Virus record (IMG/VR): IMGVR_UViG_3300020557_000008
Location: 1 to 64,000 of that record
Source of the DNA: an uncultured virus (IMG/VR IMGVR_UViG_3300020557_000008)
Taxonomy: Duplodnaviria > Heunggongvirae > Uroviricota > Caudoviricetes
Reading direction: 5' to 3' (one strand)
Length of the DNA stretch: 64,000 nt
The number at the start of each line of letters is the position of its first letter. Position 1 is the stretch's first letter. The position numbers were made by a program, and so were the translations under genes. A model generated the notes under the pieces. It saw nothing but the letters and a program-made list of their open reading frames with translations, did no database searches and had not been told where the DNA came from. Of this stretch, positions 15,718-23,666 are shown in pieces.

Positions 15718-16184
15718 CACGAACTCTGGTAGGTAAACTCCCACTCATCAGGCATCTTGAGGATGTCTGTAAGCATGGAGATACTTCTCTTTAGTTCCTC
15801 AAAGTAATACTCGTCGTAGTCCTGAGAGCCGAAGAAACAGCCAGCAGAAGTTGGCAAGAGTTCATCCGCCTTCTTCGGGTTCTTCTTGACTTCTTTGCAC
15901 AAGCCGAGAAGTTCCTGAAGTTTTTCACGGGAGACATAAGTCGTGCGACAGTCGTCCTCTCCGTTTTGGCAGTTTTCTACAAACCATTGGTGGATTTGAT
16001 TTGCCTTACGCCAGTAGCCGACTGAGATTTCCAGATAGGCAGATGGCATAAAGGTATGTTTCATGTAACTGTCAGGAATATTGGCAAACTCCTTGAGTTC
16101 GTCAAACGCCTTCTTGCTTTCTTCACCACGCCAGTTCGCACTTGAGTAGAACTTCTTGGCATTGAGGTACATATCCAGTCCCAT
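15714..16184 (-). CDS. Conserved phage protein (MGLDMYL...YWRKANQIH family)
   Basis: Recognisable motif family of unknown function. Confidence 0.8.
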   Translation of the reverse strand: MGLDMYLNAKKFYSSANWRGEESKKAFDELKEFANIPDSYMKHTFMPSAYLEISVGYWRKANQIHQWFVENCQNGEDDCRTTYVSREKLQELLGLCKEVKKNPKKADELLPTSAGCFFGSQDYDEYYFEELKRSISMLTDILKMPDEWEFTYQSSW

Positions 16185-16426
16185 TAGAGAACTCCTGCTT
16201 CAATCCACTTGGCAAGGTCTGTTGCTGGCATCGGCGTCAGTTTTTCAACTTCGTTGATTTCAACAACATCCCAAGCCTTGTCCCAATCAAGAACTTCAAC
16301 CCAAAGGATTTTGTTTCTGTCAAAGGGCTCGTTGCTGTATTTCTCCATAGCCTCATCCGCATCGTTGGCTTCAACGATGTATTGGAGGTTTATGTCAATT
16401 GACTGCTGAATAATAAATTGTTTCAT
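16184..16426 (-). CDS. Hypothetical protein
   Basis: GAAAGG RBS, promoter. Confidence 0.7.
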   Translation of the reverse strand: MKQFIIQQSIDINLQYIVEANDADEAMEKYSNEPFDRNKILWVEVLDWDKAWDVVEINEVEKLTPMPATDLAKWIEAGVL

Positions 16427-16488
16427 TGTGTTTGCCTTTCTATTTGGTTGGTACTTACATTGTAGCACAATCTAGGTCGTTTTCCAAC

Positions 16489-16698
16489 CTAGATATCGTT
16501 GCCGTCCTCATCTTGGAAGATGAGTTCGTGGCGGGACGGGGCTGAGCGCATATCTTCGTATGCCAACCTAGCCACCATCTCCATCACATCGTCGTCGGAT
16601 ACTTCCAACTCGGGGTCGTTGTTGTTTTCCCGAATTGACTCTTTGACTGACTCCACATCGTAGGTGAAGGTACGGATGACGTTAATTGTCTCCATCAC
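16489..16698 (-). CDS. Acidic hypothetical protein
   Basis: Coupled ORF. Confidence 0.7.
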   Translation of the reverse strand: MMETINVIRTFTYDVESVKESIRENNNDPELEVSDDDVMEMVARLAYEDMRSAPSRHELIFQDEDGNDI

Positions 16699-17024
16699 GC
16701 ATACTCCTCTTCCTCTTCCTCGCGGCGCGCCTCATCTTCGGCGCACTGAGGAATGAGACTGGTGAAGCCTTCGTTGGGGTCAGCCTCGTTGGTTTCCACT
16801 GCTGAGATGAACTTGAGTGGGCATGAATCTTCGTACCACTTCTCAAGCGTTGCCAGCATTACATCTGGATACGCGGTCTGAGTGTGTTCGTAGTTTTCTC
16901 GGAACCACTGAGCCTGAGTCTCGTCAAGAGCAAGATAAATCTTGTGGCAACCGTCAAACGCGATACATTTCGCGTATTCCAGTTGTTCCTTGACTTCGTG
17001 CCAATAATCTTCCATTACAGCCAT
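16695..17024 (-). CDS. Hypothetical protein (IAFDGCHKIYL)
   Basis: ORF, promoter. Confidence 0.75.
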   Translation of the reverse strand: MAVMEDYWHEVKEQLEYAKCIAFDGCHKIYLALDETQAQWFRENYEHTQTAYPDVMLATLEKWYEDSCPLKFISAVETNEADPNEGFTSLIPQCAEDEARREEEEEEYA

Positions 17025-17099
17025 TGTGTTTTCTTCTTTCTGTTGAGTTGGTTATTACTTACAATTACAGTATAGGGGTCTGTATCACAGTTTGCAACC

Positions 17100-17420
17100 T
17101 TATTGGTCAAATATTCCCTCATCGTGCCAACGATAGGACTCGTTTTGCTGAATTACTTCTTCTGAAGGTACGCCAATTATCTGAAGTGTGTGTTGGTCAA
17201 TGATACGGAAACACCGTTCACATAGGTAGTGGGTTCCGTCCCACCCTTGCTCGTCGGGCTCGCACCTCGCGCCAATTTCGCTACAAGGGCTGAATCCGTC
17301 AAAGTGTGGCTCGTTCTTACACTTACAAATCCACCAGTCTTCACTGTCTTCAATGATGTAGTCAGGAATACTTTCTGGTGGGGCAAGGAGCATGTCCGTC
17401 CAGTCTGGTTTATTTTCCAT
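17100..17420 (-). CDS. Cys-rich hypothetical protein
   Basis: ORF overlapping the upstream gene end. Confidence 0.65.
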   Translation of the reverse strand: MENKPDWTDMLLAPPESIPDYIIEDSEDWWICKCKNEPHFDGFSPCSEIGARCEPDEQGWDGTHYLCERCFRIIDQHTLQIIGVPSEEVIQQNESYRWHDEGIFDQ

Positions 17421-17658
17421 TCTTAGCCGCCCAGTACGCCTGTACCTCGGTTTGTTCATCGTCTGTGCCGTCCGATAGGACAATCTCAAACTGGTGAAGC
17501 CCGTTGATGACGCGGAAGGTCTCGGCGTTCGCCACACTGTCCCAAGTGAGAGCATTACGAAGCGAATTGGTAGTTCCGCCTCGGTCTCCCAAGAGTTTTG
17601 CGCAGAAGCGTCGGTAGCCTTTGTCGTTGGTTTTCTGTAATAGGTATTGTGTTGTCAT
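17410..17658 (-). CDS. Hypothetical protein, leaderless
   Basis: TACAAT 6 nt before ATG. Confidence 0.7.
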   Translation of the reverse strand: MTTQYLLQKTNDKGYRRFCAKLLGDRGGTTNSLRNALTWDSVANAETFRVINGLHQFEIVLSDGTDDEQTEVQAYWAAKNGK

Positions 17659-17773
17659 GACTCTATTGTAGCACAAACAATCCGGTTTCGCAACCTTGTT
17701 CACAATTTCACAAATACTTTCAGGTATTTTATTTGAGACACTTTTCAGTTTTTGTCTTATTTGCCCCTAGCCA

Positions 17774-17831
17774 AAAATATGGTGTTCCATGGAAAATGGT
17801 TTTATTTTTAGGGACAGGCCGTTCCCTTGGG
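17774..17831 (+). repeat. Dispersed ~57-bp element, copy 7
   Basis: AAAATATGGTGTTCC...GGTTTTATT...GCCGTTCCCTTGGG. Confidence 0.9.
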
Positions 17832-17834
17832 CCC

Positions 17835-18071
17835 CTACGGGCGGTCTGCGTCCTTCACCGATGCAAGCACGCCCATGTCGTTGAATTTATTCCGAAGTTC
17901 TCGGACGGCATCTACCGACATGCAGACGTGCCCGGTGACAGTCCAACCCATGCCGCGCTTTGCTTCATGCAGCATGAGTTCTCCTGTTTCATCTAACTCG
18001 CGAAGAACTGCAATTACTTTCAGTCCCTCACTCCGAGTGTTGACAGCAGCGCTGACAGTGATTGGCTTCAT
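17835..18071 (-). CDS. Hypothetical protein (start uncertain)
   Basis: ORF in operon. Confidence 0.55.
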   Translation of the reverse strand: MKPITVSAAVNTRSEGLKVIAVLRELDETGELMLHEAKRGMGWTVTGHVCMSVDAVRELRNKFNDMGVLASVKDADRP

Positions 18072-18081
18072 GTCCGGCAAT

Positions 18082-18324
18082 CTAGCCCACCCATCTTCCA
18101 AAGACGGTGTAGCCGTCTTCTTCGCGCCGCACAATCCATTCCGTGCCCGGATATCGCTTCTTATACTGCTGGGCTTTTGAGTGACCCGTGCGTGCGATGT
18201 TTCCGGTGCAGTACACCGCCCACGCGCCTGGAGTCTCTTTGAGTTTGTCTACGAACTGCTTCACCTGATACGGGCTGCCGTTGCGCGGTCCCGGCGGCTG
18301 CCGGAACTCCGTTTTCCTTGTCAT
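18082..18324 (-). CDS. Hypothetical protein
   Basis: ORF in operon. Confidence 0.7.
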   Translation of the reverse strand: MTRKTEFRQPPGPRNGSPYQVKQFVDKLKETPGAWAVYCTGNIARTGHSKAQQYKKRYPGTEWIVRREEDGYTVFGRWVG

Positions 18325-18347
18325 GTTATGTATCTTTCTTTGTTTTA

Positions 18348-18809
18348 TTAAAAGGGAAGTCTGAACCACATGTCCTTGCCGCGCGCACAGTCATGCACGC
18401 TGCTTAGCCCAATCCGCTTGTACATCGCCCGCGTATTCGCGTTTGAGTCAATGGCGTGGTATTTACCTGTGTCGTTACCAAACTTTTTAAATACTCGATT
18501 GACCATCTGATACTCCTTGATTGCCGGAGCATCTTGTCCATCGATGTCTGTGTCGTTGAAGAGGGCGAGGTCTGGCTGCCATCCGGTACGGTCATAGATG
18601 CGCTTCAACGTGGGAATGGCCCACTTGATGTTGCGTGCCGTAATCAGGATGGTGAACTCCGGTTCAAGGAGTTCTGTCATCCACTTGCGATAGTCCTCGT
18701 GATTGCTCACGAAGTCATCAAAGGCGTGGTTACGCATCTCGCTGAAGTTGGACGACAAAGCCACGTTCAAGTCCATCAGTACGATGCGCTCGGTTGACTT
18801 CTTAGCCAT
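18348..18809 (-). CDS. HAD-superfamily-like (PNK-phosphatase-like) protein
   Basis: IVLMDLN motif I variant, ILITAR motif II, K, AIDSN motif IV variant. Confidence 0.55.
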   Translation of the reverse strand: MAKKSTERIVLMDLNVALSSNFSEMRNHAFDDFVSNHEDYRKWMTELLEPEFTILITARNIKWAIPTLKRIYDRTGWQPDLALFNDTDIDGQDAPAIKEYQMVNRVFKKFGNDTGKYHAIDSNANTRAMYKRIGLSSVHDCARGKDMWFRLPF

Positions 18810-19302
18810 TCTTCTCTCGTTCTCTATCCGCTTTCGGGTCTCTGACTTCCCACGAACCACGCTGTATTTTGCGGAAGTAAGGGGATGTTTTGAGATAGTT
18901 TAGAACCGTCGGATAGGAAAATCCCGAAAGGCCGACAATCTCTTCAGTGGTTACTTCCTTGTAAAGATTGTTCTTGCACCACTCTTCAAGGGCTTTCCAC
19001 TTGTCTGCGCGTCGCTCCGGCTTCTTTTCCTGAACGGCCTCTTTTAGCCGTTCTTTTCCAAGATATTCCGAAACCAGATACTCAATGACTGGTGTGGAGA
19101 TTGAGTAGTCGCGCATAAAGCGAACCACGTTGCCTGCGGACGGCGTCTGCTGCCAGACCTGCATGACATACAGCCCGCGGATGAGTTCGCCCATACGGGC
19201 CGACTCGTCGCGCGGAACTTTGTATATCGTGCCGTGCTTGGCTGCAGCGTCGCGCCACAGTTCTGCGTTTTTCTTATCAACTATTTCGTCTGTAATTTTC
19301 AC
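18802..19302 (-). CDS. Hypothetical protein with C-terminal winged-HTH-like segment
   Basis: VTTEEIVGLSGFSYPTVLNYL...FRKIQRGSWEV. Confidence 0.65.
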   Translation of the reverse strand: MKITDEIVDKKNAELWRDAAAKHGTIYKVPRDESARMGELIRGLYVMQVWQQTPSAGNVVRFMRDYSISTPVIEYLVSEYLGKERLKEAVQEKKPERRADKWKALEEWCKNNLYKEVTTEEIVGLSGFSYPTVLNYLKTSPYFRKIQRGSWEVRDPKADREREKNG

Positions 19303-19553
19303 CAGCCGTCTCCTGCTGCATCGTAGATTCCGTTAAAAAATGCCATATTCCAAAACGCGCTATTGCCACGTGAGAGCCCTGCGCACATCTCGCAAATCCA
19401 TGCGCCGCCTTCTTGCTCTATGAGCATTGGGCGAGGCATGCAGCACGCATCACACTCAGCATCCGGCTCATGCGCCACGGTCACGGTGTACGTGACGATG
19501 GGCGTGGTCGGTGCACTCTTGTGACGACTGGGCCTTTTCTTACGACGGGCCAT
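19299..19553 (-). CDS. Zn-finger-like hypothetical protein
   Basis: CDAC...CEMC. Confidence 0.65.
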   Translation of the reverse strand: MARRKKRPSRHKSAPTTPIVTYTVTVAHEPDAECDACCMPRPMLIEQEGGAWICEMCAGLSRGNSAFWNMAFFNGIYDAAGDGW

Positions 19554-19771
19554 AAGCGCTTGAATCCTCTCAGTAGTTGAAATGGGGTTGGGAATTGATG
19601 GAATTTGAGGAATTTAAATACTCCTCCAGTGAATTGCATACTCGGGAAAAAGATAGCCCACAGCATGGACACGGCAACCAACGTTGGCTGCGCATCCGTC
19701 ACTGGCAGTATCCCAAAGGACAGCACCAAGATGACGAACCACTGGAACCACTTGTTCTTGATTAATTGCAT
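19481..19771 (-). CDS. Membrane protein
   Basis: Two hydrophobic segments. Confidence 0.6.
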   Translation of the reverse strand: MQLIKNKWFQWFVILVLSFGILPVTDAQPTLVAVSMLWAIFFPSMQFTGGVFKFLKFHQFPTPFQLLRGFKRLWPVVRKGPVVTRVHRPRPSSRTP

Positions 19772-19775
19772 TCGG

Positions 19776-19976
19776 TTACTCCTCTGGGATTAGGTTGGTA
19801 TTGAGTGTAAGCCAGTGGCGAAGGTATGACGACATGTCTGCATACATTGCGCCTTCCAGCATCGGGTCAAAGTCGCCGCCGAATGATTCGGGGAAATGCT
19901 TGACGATGGTCGTCCAGAAAGACTCAAGGCCCTTGTCAACGGCCTCTTCTACACGTGCTTCTAGTTGGATATTCAT
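19776..19976 (-). CDS. Hypothetical protein
   Basis: GAAGGAGGTG RBS. Confidence 0.7.
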   Translation of the reverse strand: MNIQLEARVEEAVDKGLESFWTTIVKHFPESFGGDFDPMLEGAMYADMSSYLRHWLTLNTNLIPEE

Positions 19977-20217
19977 TTGGTTCACCTCCTTCATTGGGTT
20001 GGTTATCATGCTCTATCACAGTATATCATGCTCTAGCACAATCAACAACCCGGAACAACCAGATTCTTGATTGCGTAGTCACCCTATCCATGATAGAGCG
20101 TGATAGAGCATACGACAACCTCGTTCCGGAAATATTTTTGACTCTCGGTAGTTTTATTTTGAGTGACGCTCGTGAAAGTGCGCACAAGCACAATCACGTA
20201 TTTCTGCCTCTGTCCCA

Positions 20218-20270
20218 AAAAAATGGTGTTCCAGCCAGGATGGCTTTATTCTGCTCGCGCCGTTTCTTAG
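20218..20270 (+). repeat. Dispersed element, copy 8 (diverged)
   Basis: AAAAAATGGTGTTCC...GGCTTTATT...GCGCCGTTTCTT. Confidence 0.8.
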
Positions 20271-20279
20271 ACTGTTTTC

Positions 20280-20867
20280 ATGCCGCGCCCACGAGACAAT
20301 CAGCGCAGCCGCCTGTACGCAGCAGAGTGGGAGTGCTTTGGGTGGACACACATGCAGTTCAAAGACTTTCCGGCAACCGAGAAATACCTTTGGAAGGTTT
20401 TATCAAACAGATATGTCCAGCGTAAATACCAAATCGCCCGCGATATCAAGTCTGGAATCATTCCGTTGAAAATATCCAAGGGTGACGGCTCTCGTGTTGC
20501 ATGGGCCCGGATACTCCCAGAAAAAATGTGGGTGTCATTCCCGCGCAAATGGAGGAACGACTTCACCGTCATCCATCAAATCGCCCATCTGCTCACACCG
20601 CCGGACGTTCAGGAACACGGAAGAGAGTTTTGCCGGACGTACCTGCATTTAGTACTTGTCATGATGGGCCGGGAAAAGCAAAAACAACTGAAGGCCGCGA
20701 TGAAGAAACATAACTGTAAGTACTCCAAGAGACACACGCCATACAAAAGACCATTCACTCAGGAGGAAAAGGACGCAATGCTCGCTAGATTGATGAAGAA
20801 CAACTATGGCAACAAATCACAAATGGAACACGCTGAACATCATGCGCTTTTACGCGCGAATCGGTAA
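20280..20867 (+). CDS. TIGR04338/Rv0185-like metallohydrolase homologue with HQxxH instead of HExxH
   Basis: RDNQRSRLYAAE N-terminus; VIHQIAHLL...HGREF. Confidence 0.7.
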   Translation: MPRPRDNQRSRLYAAEWECFGWTHMQFKDFPATEKYLWKVLSNRYVQRKYQIARDIKSGIIPLKISKGDGSRVAWARILPEKMWVSFPRKWRNDFTVIHQIAHLLTPPDVQEHGREFCRTYLHLVLVMMGREKQKQLKAAMKKHNCKYSKRHTPYKRPFTQEEKDAMLARLMKNNYGNKSQMEHAEHHALLRANR

Positions 20868-21132
20868 GCAATTCAACGCTGATATCTACCTGGAGTTCAT
20901 TGGACCACAGGAAGCATCACACGCAAAGGTCAAAACACTCCCATCACGCTCTGAAATCCTCAATATCATCAGACGACACGTCGAAAATGGTTGGTGTATC
21001 AGAGTGGGGAACAATGTGGTGATTACCGACAAGGGGATTGCTGCACTGATGGCGTGGGAAAAACAAAAATATCTACGGGAAGCAGAAGTTTCTTCCGAAA
21101 CACTACGACGGAGAAAATTATTGCAGGACTAG
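20806..21132 (+). CDS. Hypothetical protein (winged-helix-like)
   Basis: ORF; ...VVITDKGIAAL. Confidence 0.6.
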   Translation: MATNHKWNTLNIMRFYARIGKQFNADIYLEFIGPQEASHAKVKTLPSRSEILNIIRRHVENGWCIRVGNNVVITDKGIAALMAWEKQKYLREAEVSSETLRRRKLLQD

Positions 21133-21138
21133 GTTACG

Positions 21139-21185
21139 AAAAAATGGTGTTCCAGCCGATTTGGGTTTAATTCGCGCCGTTTCTT
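21139..21185 (+). repeat. Dispersed element, copy 9 (shortened)
   Basis: AAAAAATGGTGTTCC...GGGTTTAATTCGCGCCGTTTCTT. Confidence 0.75.
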
Positions 21186-21244
21186 CAAAAAATTATCGCG
21201 CACACACGTGTCGATTTTTTAACCTTTCGCCTAACTAATTGTAC

Positions 21245-21799
21245 TTATCGCCGTTTTTTCGGCTTTAACGGTCTCTTCCTGACAGTCTTTTTACCGGACT
21301 TATTTACTTTCTTCCCATTTGACTTTCCAGATTTTTTGCTCGCTCGTGTGCGAGAGTATGCTACTGTATGCGACAGTGTGCTTGACGTACGGCGTACCGG
21401 CACTTTTGGCAGAGTCAAGTGCGGTGCAATCATCTCTGCCAGCGCATCCGTTACCCTCTCATTGACGTAATCAATTCCCTTCTTGCGTTCCGAGAACGTA
21501 CGGGGTGATAACTCTTCCAAGTGTTCTTCTGCGATTTCGTTTATTGCGTTGAGGTGGCAGTGCATAAGTTCGTGAGCAATCGTGCTTCGCATCACGCTTG
21601 GTGACCACTTACGCCAGTCCCGGCATAGCGAGAGTTGTGCGGAGTGTTGTGCGGGGGAGACCAAGATTTCTGCGAATGCTGTATCGATGCAATAGTTGTT
21701 TTCAAACTCAATGTTCCAGTGAGCCAGTTTCATTTCGTTCTGGAGCCTCTTGACATAGTTCTTCAGCCAGGTCGGGTAAGAGGTTTTCCGTCCAGTCAT
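21245..21799 (-). CDS. HExxH metallopeptidase-like protein with basic tail
   Basis: TIAHELMHCH. Confidence 0.7.
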   Translation of the reverse strand: MTGRKTSYPTWLKNYVKRLQNEMKLAHWNIEFENNYCIDTAFAEILVSPAQHSAQLSLCRDWRKWSPSVMRSTIAHELMHCHLNAINEIAEEHLEELSPRTFSERKKGIDYVNERVTDALAEMIAPHLTLPKVPVRRTSSTLSHTVAYSRTRASKKSGKSNGKKVNKSGKKTVRKRPLKPKKRR

Positions 21800-21940
21800 G
21801 TGCCTCAGTGTAGGGTCATGCCTTGTGTATCGTTGTGATAGTACCGCGAGTATAGAGTCTATGTATGAATCGAATTGTGGGGTTTGAGGATGAGTTCAAC
21901 AGCCATCGGTAACAGAACGGGCGTCAACAAAGGCACCCAC

Positions 21941-22486
21941 ATGGAGTTCATGATGTTCACGCCCGAGGAGTGCCAGCACATCGTGGACTGGGCTATCCGG
22001 CATGGCTATGCCCAACCTGGCCTTGTCCACCGATATAAGACCGGAGAAGCCGTAGGAACCGATTTAAGGCGTTGTAAAGAGTATTTGGTAGAACCGGGCG
22101 ATATTCGCTTTAAAAACGATTCTACGCTCTCTGAGAGGGTTCTGGCGGGGTTTGAGCGTGGAAATGTCTGGGGCCTGTCCTATACCGGGGTTCCTTCCAT
22201 CCGAGTACTGGAGTATCAGGCCGGAGACGGGTACGGCTGCCATACCGATTGGTCATACGGTGCAGCACGGGAGCGCAAGTTGTCCATGACCGTGCAGTTG
22301 TCTTCCCACTACCACTACAAGGGCGGGCGGGTTGTGTTGTATGCGGGGCCGCAGGATGACTCCATCTCCGTTGTTCAGGGGATGGCGACCGTGTGGCCGT
22401 CATGGACCCTTCACGAGGTCTTGCCAGTGGAGTCGGGGGTTCGATATGCCCTAACGACGTGGGCACATGGAGAGGCGTACCGATAG
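21941..22486 (+). CDS. 2OG-Fe(II) oxygenase
   Basis: HTD...RKLSMTVQLS...Y.GG...WPSWTLHEV.PV..G.RY. Confidence 0.9.
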   Translation: MEFMMFTPEECQHIVDWAIRHGYAQPGLVHRYKTGEAVGTDLRRCKEYLVEPGDIRFKNDSTLSERVLAGFERGNVWGLSYTGVPSIRVLEYQAGDGYGCHTDWSYGAARERKLSMTVQLSSHYHYKGGRVVLYAGPQDDSISVVQGMATVWPSWTLHEVLPVESGVRYALTTWAHGEAYR

Positions 22487-22511
22487 CGTTTGAGGTGAGA
22501 GAGGAAAACTT

Positions 22512-22802
22512 ATGGCAAACAAAAAACAGCATGGCACGTTAGGCAAAATCTCAATCAAAGGACAACTGACTGATTGTGTTTACGTGATTTGGCATACCAG
22601 GGACCCAAGGAAGACTTGGTTCGTGAATGCAAAATCTAAAGACGGCTTTTTTAGATGCAGACTCAAATCACTTATTGACCGGCGTCCTCATGAAGTGAAC
22701 AGCGGGTTCACTCAGGATGCGTGGTCGTACGAGATTGTCGACGAAGATACGTTTTTGCAGATTCAAAGGGGTGGCGTTCCGATACCACCCAGGGACTTGT
22801 AA
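22512..22802 (+). CDS. Hypothetical protein
   Basis: GAGG RBS. Confidence 0.65.
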   Translation: MANKKQHGTLGKISIKGQLTDCVYVIWHTRDPRKTWFVNAKSKDGFFRCRLKSLIDRRPHEVNSGFTQDAWSYEIVDEDTFLQIQRGGVPIPPRDL

Positions 22803-22803
22803 C

Positions 22804-23016
22804 TCAGTAGTCGTCGCGTTCTTCGCGGCGCTTCTTTTCTGCCCAGAGGCGCAGTCTCTTGAGGTGTGGGTTGTAGGACTCATACAAATCGCGCATTGAG
22901 GTTTTATATGCCTTGCCTGCGTAGTCAAAGCCCATTTGCTTGATTGCACTGTTGTACTCATTGAGTATCCGCATTCTCTTGGAGATTGGCGGGTGTGTGA
23001 CTGTCTCGTCGTTCAT
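22804..23016 (-). CDS. Hypothetical protein
   Basis: ORF, leaderless-type promoter. Confidence 0.6.
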   Translation of the reverse strand: MNDETVTHPPISKRMRILNEYNSAIKQMGFDYAGKAYKTSMRDLYESYNPHLKRLRLWAEKKRREERDDY

Positions 23017-23058
23017 ACCGTAATACTACCGGGGTAGCAAAATGATGTTCGGGGTTTC

Positions 23059-23274
23059 TTAGTCTTCTTGGCTTCTACGCTGACTCTTGGTCAACTTCTT
23101 CTTTTTCCCGACGGGGCCGTGAAGGTCATGAGTGCGTAGTGGGTCTCCGTAAGAAAGTCGCGTCCGGCGTTTTCCGGCTTTTGTTCCGGGAACAATCTCG
23201 GTCTTTCCGGTCAGGTAGTTGAAGCGTTCGCGCTGTTGTGCGCCGCGGGCGACCTTCTTATTCTTCTTACCCAT
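23059..23274 (-). CDS. Small basic protein
   Basis: ORF in operon. Confidence 0.65.
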   Translation of the reverse strand: MGKKNKKVARGAQQRERFNYLTGKTEIVPGTKAGKRRTRLSYGDPLRTHDLHGPVGKKKKLTKSQRRSQED

Positions 23275-23276
23275 GA

Positions 23277-23666
23277 CTACACGCGCTGGCCTGTTTTCTC
23301 AATCACGAAGCCATCTTCGCGGTTCAGTACGACATAGTGATAATCGACCAAGTCAAAGTACTTCTCGCACGCTTCAAGTACTGCGTCGGTTGGGAGTGTT
23401 GAGCATGTGTAGAGGTCAAATTGCACGCGCGCCGGAACTTCTTCATCCCACACGTGAAATGCGATGTGAGAAGTTTCAATGCACACTGCTGCAGTGATGC
23501 CGCGGTTGCCTTCTGCTTCTACGTAGTGAGCATGAGGACCTGTAACAATCTTCATGCCGATATTGCTAACTAATTCAGTCAACCAAGCCTTGACTGATTC
23601 GACGTCGCGCGGTGGCTGATAAGCCTGACCGTTCATCAAAAGGTGGTTGTGCAAGATTTTTGTCAT
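23277..23666 (-). CDS. speD: S-adenosylmethionine decarboxylase proenzyme
   Basis: GITAAVCIETSHIAFHVW...FDLYTCS. Confidence 0.85.
   Translation of the reverse strand: MTKILHNHLLMNGQAYQPPRDVESVKAWLTELVSNIGMKIVTGPHAHYVEAEGNRGITAAVCIETSHIAFHVWDEEVPARVQFDLYTCSTLPTDAVLEACEKYFDLVDYHYVVLNREDGFVIEKTGQRV

Noticed and set aside
1375..21185. 57-bp element as a CRISPR array or integron attC array
   Set aside because: Spacing is kilobases with whole genes between copies; copies are not palindromic; no cas or integrase gene in the window.
1375..21185. 57-bp element as an ECF-sigma (GGAAC-N17/18-GTT) promoter on the minus strand
   Set aside because: GGAAC is present but no conserved GTT at the required distance.
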